A stretch of 64,000 bases of DNA, taken from assembly GCA_003164755.1 (NCBI GenBank), contig PLUB01000061.1, positions 102 to 64,101 on the forward strand, in the 5' to 3' direction. Under the pieces are notes generated by a model. The model ran no database searches and had not been told where the DNA came from. It was given only the letters and a program-made list of their open reading frames with translations. This document shows, in pieces, positions 42,428 to 54,065 of the stretch. This DNA comes from Methanosarcina sp. (GTDB lineage: Archaea; Halobacteriota; Methanosarcinia; Methanosarcinales; Methanosarcinaceae). Numbering within the stretch: position 1 is the stretch's first letter; each line of letters starts with the position of its first letter. The translations under genes were made by a program, and so were the position numbers.

Positions 42428-44521
42428 ATGAAAATGACATCCTCGGATAAACGTAGAAAACAAGCAATTTGTATTGCATCACTACTCTGCCTAATCAGTT
42501 TTTTGCTACTGATATATGTGGGATATGAGTACAAAAGTAGCAAGACAAATGAAATAATTATGGAAGATGCAAAGAACGATGCGCTTCAAAAAGCCAAGTC
42601 TGCTATAAAAAAATTAATCTGGAAGTTAATTCCACGAGCTCCCTTGTTTATGAATTGCAAAGATCTGAGTTCCGGAAAACTGGGTAATGATTCCCGGCTC
42701 AAGGAGCGTCTTCTGGCTGAAATGAAAAACAATTCCAACATTTTTAGCATCGTCGTTGCATATTCCCCTGCTTTAAATGCTGGGAAGCTTTATGCACCTC
42801 ATTTTAAGAGAAACGGTTCAGAAATCTGATATGATCCACTCACATATGACTACACGAAGGATAGTGAACCAACGGCATGGTACAATGATACCCTGAAAAA
42901 AGAATCCAAAGTATGTATTTCGCCTTATTTCGGAATTGCAGATCGCAATTTTCAGATCGATTATTCGGCTCCTTTTTATCTTGCAGAATTAGGGAATGGG
43001 GACAAAGTTGCTGGAGTGGTAAGTGTAAGTCACTCTCTTGAAGGAATAAGAACGAAGCTAGGTAGCCTCAACATAGGAAATACGGGTTATGGTTTCATGA
43101 TCACTGGGAAATGAATAATTATTCTTATCCTATCCAAGAGTATCTGACCAAAAATATTAACGATCTTGCAAAAAAAGATCTCAATCTTGACTTCATAAAC
43201 AATAACATAAAAAAGCACGATTACTGGGCAACAAATTCCCTTACAGGAAAATCCTACTGGGTATTTCAACAAAATATTCCTTCTACAGATTGGATCATGG
43301 GGTTCGTTCTCCCGCAGGAAGAAACCCTGCTGAACAGAAAAACAGAGCAAACTCACTCTATTATTTTTGTAGTTTCCGCAACGTTTGCTTTTTTATTCTT
43401 TCTATGCCTGCTTTTTGTATCAATTTACAGGTATGACCATACAAGGGCTCTGGATGCTCGCGGTTATTTTTTCATTACTTTGTATCCTGAGGATAGGCTT
43501 TATGTGGCACCTTACTATGAATAATTCCTCTCTTGATGGCAGGAATGGAGACCTTGTTGTTTTCGACAGGGAGATGTTGAAACGGTTTTGCAGCACGTTG
43601 ATACGAGTCCGACAACTCCAAGAATTCCTACATGATTTTTTCTTCAGTCCATGGAATTCTTGAATGCTAATGATGTCTTAATAACCGGATCGATTTGGCA
43701 AAATATTTCAAGCCTAGGAGCTTGGAAAGAGTTTCCTGACTTTAGATTTCCAGATTCAAAAGAAACTACAATTGAAAAAATCTATATTAATAAGGATAAA
43801 GGTGTCACAGGCTGGCGTTTTAAGACTAATTTGCACCAGCAGTTTGATTATTCCAAATATCCTTTTGACAAGGAAGATGTAAGGATTAGAGTATTGAATA
43901 ATAATTCTGCAGAAAGCGTCTTGGTTCCGGATTTTGATTCCTATAATACCTTGATTCCAGAGAGTTTACCTGGTTTGGGACGCTCTTTCATGCTTGATGG
44001 TTGGAAACCGTGAAAAACCTTTTTCAGTTACAGGGTTGATTCTAATAATACCAATATTGGGTTAGGTAACTTTGCAAATTCCAATACATCCAAATTTTAT
44101 TTCAACGTCGATATTCAGAGGGACCTTAAATCTCCCTATCATTCTGATCTTCTACTCGTAATGGTAGTACTCATTCTTCTGTTTGCAGTCCTTACGATAA
44201 TTACCAAGGGTGAAAACAAAACTCATTTTGGGTTCAGTTCTCATGGAGTCCGGGGCTACTGCACCTTAATTCGTTTTACTCTTATCATTGCCCACTCTTC
44301 TCTAGAGCTCGAATTCCCATAGGCTGGAGAATATACCTTGATATTTCTACTTTGTAATGTACATTGCAATCTTGGTTGTTTCCTTGAATTCAATCGTTTT
44401 TGCGTCAAATCGGAGTGTCCCCTTTATTGATACAAAAGACAACATGTACGTGAAGGTTCTGTACTGGCCTGTAATCATGGGAATTCTGCTGTTAATCACA
44501 TTCTTAAACTTCTATCGATAG
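42428..44521 (+). pseudogene. Cache-domain-fused pentameric ligand-gated ion channel (Cys-loop receptor family) homolog, about eight disruptions
   Basis: N-terminal TM, then a Cache-like region (...SIVVAYSP..YAPHFKRNGSEI-TGA(42827)-YDPLTYDYTKD..WYNDT..ISPYFG..IDYSAPFY..GVVSVSHSLEGIRTKLGSLNIGNTGYGFMITG / YPIQEY..TGKSYWVFQQNIPSTDWIMGFVLPQEE), two TM segments, then an ECD-like region with DYSKYPFDKEDVRIRV (FPFDxQ-like loop), pre-M1 IQRDLKSPYHSDLLLVMVVLILLFAVL, M3-like IYLDI/FYFVMYIAILVV and M4-like VLYWPVIMGILLLITFLNFYR-TAG(44519-44521). Confidence 0.5.
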
Positions 44522-44580
44522 GTATATGCCACGGTTTCTATCATGATCTCTGACATACTCACTACGGTCACAAAATAATC

Positions 44581-44730
44581 GGTTCCGTTGCAAAAAATCT
44601 GGCTCCCTTGCAAAATCAGAAAAAACCTTCACAATTAGGAAAGTTAATCATTTTCATTAGAAAGACAATGACACATAAAGGTTAAAATTATAGTGTAAAA
44701 ATGCAGAAATATTTTTTTTGCAACGGAACC
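44581..44730 (-). mobile_element. 150-bp MITE, family A, copy 2
   Basis: ggttccgttgcaaaaaatctggctcc ... attttttttgcaacggaacc. Reverse complement of the 8497..8646 copy. Sits between the channel pseudogene end and the ModA fragment. Confidence 0.8.
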
Positions 44731-44751
44731 CTATTTTAATAGTCCCTGGTT

Positions 44752-44964
44752 TTAAGTCTTTGAATCGGTTATATATACAAAACCTGCATCTTCTTCTCCT
44801 CTGTTCACGTATAACAATGCTTGTTTGACATCTTCAGCAAGTACAGCTTTATTTTTTAACTGACTCCACAAGCCATTCTCAGTTAGTGCAATAAGTGAAT
44901 ATTCACCTACTGAAACAGTATCTGGGTTTCCAATGCTTATTTTTTGAATATTAGGATTAGTCAT
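44752..44964 (-). pseudogene. internal fragment of a molybdate/tungstate ABC substrate-binding protein (ModA-like)
   Basis: KISIGNPDTVSVGEYSLIALTENGLWSQLKNKAVLAEDVKQALLYVNRGEEDAGFVYITDS matches the C-terminal lobe pattern of ModA. No N-terminal two thirds. Ends 22 nt from the MITE. Confidence 0.55.
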
Positions 44965-45582
44965 ATCTGTTATGTTTGTTATTTTAAGAGAAACGAACCG
45001 AATAACCCAAAAATGCTGAACAAATGCGGTTTATGGTTTTGTGTCGAAAAGAAAAGATCATGTTTTAAGACAGAAAATATTAAAAAATATATCAAGTAAG
45101 TACATTAATGCTGTTTAGTAGAACAGATCACCAAACTTTTCGAGGTAAATTAAATACTGTTGGTATGTACATCTTCAACAGTATCTCCCTCTCAAAATCA
45201 TGATGAATTTTGATTTTCATAATAGTTAATTTTTGCAATGTTCAGACCTATACCACATATTCCATTATATTGCAAATGAGCATTTGTTAGATATCCGTTT
45301 ACTAGAAATACTATTTTTGCTTCTAATAATTGATATTACTGAAACTCAATCACATTTCGCAACCAAACATTAATAAAGTTATTTAACTTCCTTTTAGCTT
45401 TGGATAACATTTTCCCTAGATAACCAACTTGATATACGGCAACGTAATCGTTTTGATATGTAAAGGCTTCAGTCCTTTTTTATCTGGGTAAATTTTCATT
45501 TCCATATGAAAACCAACCTTCACATCGCGGTTTTGTAATCCACTAAAAATAAAAGGTAGCCAAGAAAAGGAGCAATAATATA

Positions 45583-46809
45583 ATGTTTCTGCGTAAAGTT
45601 CCGCTTATATTTCAAAACAAATCCTTAATACTCTTATTGGCTGCCCGTATATCAACCACCATTGCTTTCCAGATATTAACTGTTGCTGTAGGGTGGCAAA
45701 TTTATTCACTTACTCAAATGCCTTTTTATCTTGGACTTGTAGGATTAGCCCAGTTTTTGCCTATGTTTCTACTTACTCTTGTAGTCGGCTATGTAGCAGA
45801 TCGTTATGATAGAAAGTTGATAATTTGTTTCAGTCAAATTGTAGAAAGTATAGGGATTTTCCTTCTTGCTTTCGAAAGTCATAATGGATGGATTACAAAA
45901 GAGGGAATTCTCATTACTATCTTTTTTATAGGTATTGCCAATGCTTTTCAAGGTCCTTCGATGCAATCTTTGCTACCAAATGTTGTCAGCAAGGAACTTT
46001 TCCCAGAGGTAGCTGCTTTTGCAACCTCTACAGCCCAGTTTGCAATCATTATAGGTCCAGCAATTGGAGGAGTCCTTTATGCATTAAATCCCGAAGTTGC
46101 GTACTCTATAGCTGGTATATTACCATTGGCGACAAGTGTGATTGTTCTCTTCATTTCAATAAGGGAGGAGCAGAAAAACTCTGAACCACTAACCATAAAT
46201 TCAATATTCGGGGGAATATCTTTCATTAAAAGCAAGCCTGTTATACTTGGGGCAATATCCCTTGACCTTTTTGCAGTATTATTTGGAGGTGCGACAGCCT
46301 TATTACCTGTTTATGCCAGCAATATTCTAAAAATTGGACCTTTAGGTTTAGGATTGTTGCGTTCAGCACCTGCCATAGGTGCATTGATAATCTCCGTTTT
46401 TTTGGCACGAAAGCCTTTAAAGAGAAACGAGGGGTTTATTATGTTTATCGGAATAATATTTTTTGGAATCTTTACCATGATTTTTGCTGTATCAAGTTCT
46501 TTTGTATTATCACTCATATCACTTGTAATGTTAGGAGCATCTGATGTGGTAAGTGTAGTCGTCCGTTCAACATTGATACCAATGAAAACCCCAGATAATG
46601 TGAGAGGTAGAGTAAATGCTGTAAATGCAATGTTTATAGGTACATCAAATCAACTTGGCGAATTTGAATCTGGGTTAACTGCTTCCTTGTTTGGAGTTAT
46701 GCCTGCTGTGTTACTTGGTGGAATTGGTACAATAATCATTGCAATTCTATGGATGAGACTGTTTCCAGAACTTTTGCATATAACTAGATTGGGACATTCA
46801 ACTGACTAA
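45583..46809 (+). CDS. MFS transporter (EntS/MFS_3-like)
   Basis: 408-aa uninterrupted ORF, about 12 hydrophobic segments, GYVADRYDRK loop motif between TM2 and TM3. Confidence 0.8.
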   Translation: MFLRKVPLIFQNKSLILLLAARISTTIAFQILTVAVGWQIYSLTQMPFYLGLVGLAQFLPMFLLTLVVGYVADRYDRKLIICFSQIVESIGIFLLAFESHNGWITKEGILITIFFIGIANAFQGPSMQSLLPNVVSKELFPEVAAFATSTAQFAIIIGPAIGGVLYALNPEVAYSIAGILPLATSVIVLFISIREEQKNSEPLTINSIFGGISFIKSKPVILGAISLDLFAVLFGGATALLPVYASNILKIGPLGLGLLRSAPAIGALIISVFLARKPLKRNEGFIMFIGIIFFGIFTMIFAVSSSFVLSLISLVMLGASDVVSVVVRSTLIPMKTPDNVRGRVNAVNAMFIGTSNQLGEFESGLTASLFGVMPAVLLGGIGTIIIAILWMRLFPELLHITRLGHSTD

Positions 46810-47284
46810 TGCTTCGATTTAAATCAAGATAAAGATTGGATATATGCGTATATGTATTGCATTTCTCATGGAAAACAGTAACAATAGCAAACGTTTTTTC
46901 AAATTATTTTAGATGAACTAAAAAGTATTCCTTTTTTTTGACTTTCTAACAAAAAATAAATACTATAAATTTTATAACACAAGAACATAGCATTTATATA
47001 TTAATAACTCAACGGCATTACATTTTAGAAAACAAGTAGTCACTAGTTTGTGTTCTCCATGAGAAATGGGGTACATACAAACAAGAATGTTACTTTTTAA
47101 ACTTGGAAATAAAATTCTTACGAAGGATTTTTTCAATTGGTTGCATTCTAAAGTCTTTAAGTAAAACTTCTAAAGTAGAGCGTTCAGACGATATACTTAG
47201 AATTTTTTTGTTTCTGCCATAACATTCCTTCATATTGCAGTGTATAAGTACATTAATAACGGACAGAAATGGGCGAAAAATTAG

Positions 47285-47590
47285 GGTTATGTTGCAAAAA
47301 ATTTATAAGAAAGATACAATAGAATAAAAAGGAAATCAAGGGTGGTAATATACTATCTAGTTCCTTTAAATGGAAGCATTATGAAGAAGAAATATCTCAT
47401 TAAATGTAAGATGGTGCCTTATTCTGAATAGCTGTCTAAATCTGGATATTATCTGAGGAATATTCTGCCTTTTTATGTTCTTTGCTTTGCAACCAAATTT
47501 TTACGATACTGATTTCAAAATTTCCCACCTGAATAAGTTACTGCTTTGCATCTCATTTAAGCGACGCTGGTATTACCACTAGTAGGTAGA
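47285..47590 (+). mobile_element. left-end remnant of an IS6-family insertion sequence
   Basis: ggttatgttgcaaaaaa at 47285 resembles the IS26-type terminal repeat GGCACTGTTGCAAA. About 75 nt later SFKWKHYEEEIS(shift)LNVRWCLILNSCLNLDII resembles the IS6 transposase N-terminus FKGRHFQRDIILWAVRWYCKYGISYRELQEML. The remainder is degenerate. Confidence 0.45.
47421..47504 (+). repeat. 84-bp inverted repeat, left arm (flanks cydBA)
   Basis: Its reverse complement matches 50210..50293 at 82 of 84 positions (hand alignment). Confidence 0.9.
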
Positions 47591-47698
47591 GTAGCATTCT
47601 TATTTTAGATTGTCTGTGATTTTATATTTATATTTTTTATGATTGAGTCTGTGCTTCGTATAAAGTTACAAACGAAGTGAAAAATAAGACAAAGCAGA

Positions 47699-48747
47699 TC
47701 AGTAATCGACTTGGTCTGTTTCTTTTATCTTTTCCTTAAACAGAGTATATACCCACAGCTGGTAGAAAATGACTATGGGCACGAATACCAATGCTCCTCT
47801 CAACATGATGCTCAATGTCTTGTGGCTTGATGCTGCCTCAAAGATATCTATTCCGTATTCCAGAGAAACAGAGGACTTAAGCATGTAAGGATAGATACTT
47901 GCAAGCCCGCTTTGAAGAACGAAAAGAAGCGCAAAGAGATTGCTGCAAAAGGCCAGGAACCCCTTTTCCTTTTTGCAAAGAACACAGCAAGGACAGCTGA
48001 CACTACTGAAAGAACTGGCAATAAGTACAGAGCTGGCGTGGCTGAATAGTTGGTTGTAAAACCTTCTATCCCTCCAAAGGAATATGCCAGATAGATCAGA
48101 GCAAGTACAAGTACAATAAGAGTGCTCTTCTTTGCTAGATCACCTGCTTTTACAGCTATGGCACCCTCGGTCTTGACATTGATCCAGAGTGCACCTGAAG
48201 TAACACTCATAAGCGCGAACAAGACACCGCCTATCAATACATATGGGCCAACAAGTCCAAGAAGGGTACCATTATAAACTCCTCCTGCAGCTATTTCAAG
48301 CCCCTTGAAGAAGTTCGTAAATGCAACTCCCAAGACCAGAGAGATCAGCAGACTTCCAACGAACCATCCCCAAATAAGTACTTTCTGTATCTGGGGATTA
48401 TCATCCTTGTGGAGGTATTCCACGGAAATGCCCCTTGTGACCAGGCCGATGAGCAGCAACATCATAGGAAGATACAGGAAAGTAAACATCTTCGAGAATA
48501 CCAAAGGGAATGCAGCAAATGTTCCACCTGCAGCCAGGATGAGCCATACCTCATTACCGCCCCAGAAAGGACCCACAGATCTCTGGATTTGTATCCTCTG
48601 CACTTTATCTGTTGCAATAAAGGGTGCCAAAAGACCTGCTCCAAGGGAAAATGAGTCTACAATGAAGTAAACTCCCCATATTACACACCACAGGAAGAAC
48701 CAGATAACAGCAAGCATATCATGAGCAAGGAAATCGAACATCTTCAC
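47699..48747 (-). pseudogene. cydB: cytochrome bd ubiquinol oxidase subunit II with one frameshift
   Basis: ORF 47848..48747 (GTG start in a GTGA overlap with the cydA stop) carries the body. The conserved C-terminus ...EKGFLAFCSNLFALLFVLQSGLASIYPYMLKSSVSLEYGIDIFEAASSHKTLSIMLRGALVFVPIVIFYQLWVY is in another frame (47699..47884). The shift is in the run gcaaaaaggaaaagggg near 47965. Confidence 0.8.
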
Positions 48748-50057
48748 TCAACTCCTGTCGCATTGACTACGGTTTTCTTTATGAGGTATATCTCAAAGAC
48801 CATCAGGATCAGAAAGACTGCGCTGATAAGGACAACACTTAACAACACATCTGATGGGGAACCGATGATATACCATTAGCTGTCTTTAGCAGACCATATA
48901 CCAGCCATGGCTGCCTTCAGATCTCAGTTACATTCCAGCCAGCAACGATGGCTATGAATGGGAGTGGAATCGACCACATCAATAGCTTCAGATACTTATC
49001 CGATGTGTACAGCTTGCCTGACTTTTGAAGATATGAGCCGACAAGAGCCTCTATGATAAACATGAATCCCAGAATTGTCATCAGCTTGAAGCTCCAGAAT
49101 ACCATTTCTACAGGTGGTAATTCATCCTGAGGTAGCTGGTTAAGTCCTGTTATCGTTCCGCTGAAACTTCCTGTATACAGGAAACTTGCAAGACCTGGAA
49201 TTCCTAGCAACTGAACACTATTAGAACCAGTGCTTGAATCCGGTACCTGTATCAGCTACATGGGCACTGAGGGACCTGTTTCCCATATCGCATCCATTGC
49301 CGCTCCTTTAGCAGGCTGAAGCTCGGTAACATATTGTGCATAACCGTGACCAAGAACTGGAAGCATGACGCAGTAGTGAGTGCTATGGTAACTGCTATGC
49401 TGAAAGACTTCTTGAACACTTCATTGTTGTTCCTTTTAAGGAAATGAGATGCACAGATTCCCATGATCAGGAATGCGGTCAACAGGTAAGCTGAAAGCAG
49501 AGTATGTACCAGCATATACCCCACATATCTGTTTGTAAGTAGAGCAAAGAAATCTGTCATAACCACCTTGCTCCCATTAGCAGCCATCTCATAACCTACG
49601 GGATTCTGCATAAAACCGTTTGCAGTGATAATCCATATGAAGATATGTTAGTACCCAGAGCGACCATCCACATGGAAAATGCCTTTAGTTTCTGACGGTT
49701 GCGATCCAAGAATATCCATGCGCCAAAGAAAGTACCTTCAAGGAAGAAAGCAAATAATGCTTCTATAGCTAAAGGTGGTCCAAAGACATCTCCCATGAAT
49801 TCCGCATAGGCACCCCAGTTCGTACCGAACTGGAAAGTCATTGCAAGACCTGATACTAGGCCTATTGCAAAGTTTATCTTGAATATCCTACCCCAAAAGT
49901 CGGCCATCTTTCGCCAAGTTTCATCTTTGTTCTTGTAGTATACCGTTTCCATGCCTGCCACTAACAGTGCGAGTCCCAATGTTAGTGGAACGAATAGGAA
50001 ATGGAACGCAACTGTTATGGCAAACTGAAGTCGGCTTAATAAAAGCAATTCAACCAT
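48744..50057 (-). pseudogene. cydA: cytochrome bd ubiquinol oxidase subunit I, at least three frame changes
   Basis: MVELLLLSRLQFAITVAFHFLFVPLTLGLA... (49596..50057), then WIITANGFMQNPVGYE... (49252..49611), then ...LLGIPGLASFLY...IVAGWNVTEI (48917..49210), then GRQPWLVYGLLKTA... to TGA 48744-48746. Confidence 0.85.
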
Positions 50058-50209
50058 TAATTATCCCTCTTTTTTTACTTACATTCTGCAATCATTAAGA
50101 TCCGAAAAAGGCTCTGAATTGTAAGGATCACCAATAACTATTATATTTATATTGGCTCTGTAGAAATCCTCAATTTAAGGTTGTGGTCCAAAAATCTCAT
50201 AATGTAGAA

Positions 50210-50293
50210 GTAAAAATTCGGTTGCAACGCAAAGAACATAAAAAGGCAGAATATTCCTCAGATAATATCCAGATTTAGACAGCTATTCAGAAT
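50210..50293 (-). repeat. 84-bp inverted repeat, right arm
   Basis: gtaaaaattcggttgcaacgcaaagaacataaaaaggcagaatattcctcagataatatccagatttagacagctattcagaat. Confidence 0.9.
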
Positions 50294-50549
50294 AGTGGGA
50301 GCCAAATAAGGAAACTAATCATCTCATAAATCACCTAACTTAGTTATTCTACATATTCTGAGTTAATAATTAGGTACATAAACATTATAACCGTAAATAT
50401 AAATAAGTGATAAGCCACTGGTAGGCTCAATGTAGGTTTTTCTTCTCCAGAAAAAGAATAGTAATAGATTATGATGACTTCACAAGTAATAAAAAATAAT
50501 TATTACTATATAATTATTTTTTGACTCCGAAAAATCTTATACGGATCAT

Positions 50550-50617
50550 CTTTTGTTTAGAAGTAAATTTTCATAGAATTAATTTAAAATAACTACGGAG
50601 ATAATTATGTATTGTAG
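50550..50617 (+). promoter_or_regulatory. partial promoter/leader module, orphan copy E6
   Basis: cttttgtttagaagtaaattttcatagaattaatttaaaataactacggagataattatgtattgtag shares the aattaatttaaaataac...attgtag core with E4/E5. Confidence 0.35.
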
Positions 50618-50971
50618 CACCGTATCATACCACAAACAGACCTAAAAGAGTGAGAAATAAGCTGCATAATGGGGTAAGACGGCATAGTGGAATTGCTTGG
50701 AAGATGTTGGTCTTATTTCGAATCAAATATACCTGAAATGATATTTATTCGAAGTAACTGTATTTGGGTTTACAGCAAACACAACTCTTCCAAGGTTTTC
50801 TCCTAACTTTTTCCAAACATTCTAAAAATTATCTTTTCTACAGTAAATGCTATTTTAGTACTTGAACTTGTTTTATGCGTGTACCATCAAGACTTCAATA
50901 CATTTTATTATTGTGTTTCAAAATTTTCATATACTACAGGGACTACAGCACCGCCATAATTCACTAGTAGG

Positions 50972-51178
50972 CTAATTATAACGAACTATCGCAACGGTAT
51001 GGGGTGAAATTATTGGTTGGTTTTTGAATGAACCTGTTGCAGACGCCAAATTGGTCCCAGAATCTGTATTAATGTCGGCATCTGTTATTTTGTAGGTAGC
51101 TGTCCCTGTAACGCTCGAACCTGGACTAAGGATACAACTGCTTTGTATATATACTGGCTCAGCCTTTAAATAATCCAA
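50972..51178 (-). pseudogene. possible fragment of a repeat-domain cell-surface protein
   Basis: SSVTGTATYKITDADINTDSGTNLASATGSFKNQPIISPHTVAIV resembles internal DUF11/CARDB-type surface-protein repeats. Isolated, with no signal peptide or body. Confidence 0.3.
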
Positions 51179-51813
51179 TATGCATAACTAAAATGTAGTA
51201 TAATAATTATTACTAGAATAAGTATATCTATAAATATATATGTTAATGTAGTGGTAAGTCTAACTATAAACACTTATTTAGCAATACAGAAGCAAATGTT
51301 AAATTTAAAAGAGTATCTGCCGAAAACCAGTTATTGAATGCAGATATTTTTGTAAAATCTATGTATTTTCCCTTAAATTTGACTAAAAATAACCTATAAT
51401 TTAGGGCTAAAATGGCAAAAATACAAGGTTTTTGTTACAAAAACTATGCATCAGTAAAACCAAGAAATCCTGTATTGTAATGAAAGAAAAGGGTGGAGAA
51501 CAGTCATTTTTATATAATTTTTCATACACTGTCTTTATAGCCACTACTTTTTTAATAGCTATAACTTTACCATCGTTGGTCTTCATACCCACTACTTTTT
51601 TCGTAGCTATTGACCTCGGCGGATGAACAGGGACTGCCCCGACGATACTAGGCTTTACCCACACCGCCATACGCGAGGCGAGCGTCAACACCATTTACAG
51701 TTCTTCGCATCTGATGCTGCTGATTTTGCCCACGGTGATTTGAGCCTCTTGCGGCAAACGGCCATGCAGAGTGACTCGTTCAGGCCACGGCGAGTCACAG
51801 GCGTCATTCCAGG

Positions 51814-54065
51814 TCAGTCGATTCGCAGGCGCGCGTACACCGCGAGCTTGATGGAATCCATCGCCAGGGTGAAGACAATAGTCGTCGCGACGAGCAGTGT
51901 TATCATGATTATCGGAAGCGAGCTCATCAATACACCTCCAGCGGCGAGAGAAGCGACCAGGAGGACATCCCAGAGTGAGGCCAGCAGCATTATCGGCGCG
52001 GGACGTGAGCTCCATAGACGCCCGTGCTCCCGCAACACATAGCTGTTTCCCTGGCCGGCGAAGACGAGCATCGTGAAGGTCAACGTTTGCATCTCGCCGG
52101 GGCTAAGGCGTAGCCAGTACCAGCCGACGCCGAGCACCGCTACCAGATAAAGAAGCCTGAAAGAACCGAGGGGAACCGCGGCGAGCGTAAGGTTTCGCAC
52201 GCGCCAGGCATTCGGGTAGGGAGACGGCCGCGCCCGGTCCGCCGTGCGCGCCATCGTCGCGAAGTCGTTGGTGATCATCGAAAGCGCTTGCAAAAGCGGT
52301 GTCAGAACCGCGTGCCCGGTGATAATCAGCCCCGCGCCGAGCACGATGAGCGTCACGCATTTGTTGATAAGGATCGTCAGCGTGTAGGTCAGAATGCGTT
52401 GGAACGCGGATCTCCCTTCCTTGATGCAGGCGACGATTCCGCCGAGGCCAGGTTCGGTCAGCACGACGCCCGCCGCGGCTTTCGCGACATCTGTAGCGGT
52501 CGAAACGGCGATGCCCATTGGCGCCGTCGCCGCACATGCCGACCGCATGCCCATGCTGCTGAAACGCTTTGACCAGGTGAAACTTCTGCTCCGGGAAAAT
52601 GCCGGCGTAGACGGCGAAGTCCTTCGGCTCGACGCTCGCGGGAACGTCGCCCGGCGGATAAACTGGCCCAGTGAGCCCGATCTCACGTGCGACGGTCGTC
52701 GCGGTAGCGGCCGCGTCGCCGGTGAGCATGACCGTGAGCACGCCGAGCGAGCGCAACTCGGTCAGCAATTCCGCCGAATCGGCGCGCGGAGGATCGCTGA
52801 ACGCAATGAACCCGATCAGTTCCAGTGCGTCGCTCGGCCCGGCAGCCACGGCGATCGTCCGATATCCAGCCAAGTTGAGCGTTTCGAGTTCCTTCTCGGA
52901 CGCCGGCGTCATCGGTGCGACCGTCGCGATGACGGCCGGCGCGGCCCGGGCCCTTGGCCGCCTCCACCGTCCGGATGACGGAATCTATCGGGTCCTGGCC
53001 TTCCGATGAACTCGCCAGCGCGGCAAAGCCGATGACGTCCGAAGCGTCGCAGCCCGGCTTCACCGGCCGAATCGCGCTCACGACCAATTCATTTTGGGTC
53101 AGCGTGCCGGTCTTGTCGCAGCAGATAACATCGACTATGGCCGCTTCGTTCAGCGAAGACAGCCGAGTTAGCAGCACGCCCTTCAAGGCGAGCGTTCGCG
53201 CGCCCAAAGCAGCGGCGAGCGTGAATGTCGCCGGCAGAGCGACGGGCACCGCCGACAGCAACGCCGTCAGGACGAGCAACAGGATCTGCTCGAAGCTGAT
53301 CCTGACCGCGAATGCATAAGCCACGAGCCCAGCGACAATGACGAAATTGATCACCGTGAGATTGCGAACGACGCTGAGCACGGCCTTCTGCTCGGCGCTA
53401 TCGATGTGGGCGACGCTGACCAGCTCCGCCGTCCGTCCGAAATAGGTGCGCGTTCCCGTCGCCGTTACCCGCGCAATTGCCGCGCCGCGACGAACGAGGC
53501 CGCCAGCGAAGGCGGTCTTTCCGCTCTCCATTTCGATTGGGATAGATTCGCCGGTCAGCATGGATTGATCGAGCAACAGCGAGCCGTCGACGATGAGGAC
53601 ATCTGCCGGAACGACTTCCCCGAGCGAAACCTGGACGATATCGCCGGGAACTAGGTCGGCCGCCGGGCCATCAACCCAAACGCCGTTGCGCCTGACGCGC
53701 GACATCAATGTCAGGCGCCGCTTGAGAAGCGCCAAAGCGGCGTCTGCGCGACTTTGCTGAAAGTCGGCGAGCAGGACGTTGAAGAGGAGCAGCCCCGCGA
53801 TCATCGACGCCGTAAGCCACTGGCCCAGGAAGATTTGCAGGCCTATCGTCACCTCGAGCATCCACGGCACCGGCGCCCAGAAATGGCGAGCGAATCTCCC
53901 GAGAGGAGGGATCGATTCCTCGATGACGGCGTTCGGACCGAATTCTGCTCGAAGGGACGCGGCTTGGGCCGACGACAGCCCGGCGAGTCCTCCCTCATCG
54001 TGCGCCACTGTTTCTTGCAAGGGCATACTCATTTCGACGGCCTTACCTAAGCCGGCATTTTCCAT
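51814..54065 (-). pseudogene. P-type ATPase of plasma-membrane H+-ATPase (P3A) type, two frame breaks, within the high-GC island
   Basis: LTGESIPIE (TGES), CCDKTGTLT (DKTGT) and MLTGDAAATA (TGD) are present. The hinge reads GDGAN then jumps frame to MGIAVSTATDVAKAAAGVVLTEPGL, so the universal GDGxNDxPAL motif is cut short. Three ORF-track pieces: 52683..54065, 52103..52912, 51814..52686. Confidence 0.85.

Noticed and set aside
51407-51694. 95-aa ORF crossing the AT-rich/GC-rich junction
   Set aside because: It is made of two compositionally unrelated halves with no motif, so it is probably fortuitous. The short direct repeats ccactactttttt..tagctat at 51550-51610 were noted, but I could not link them to an att site.
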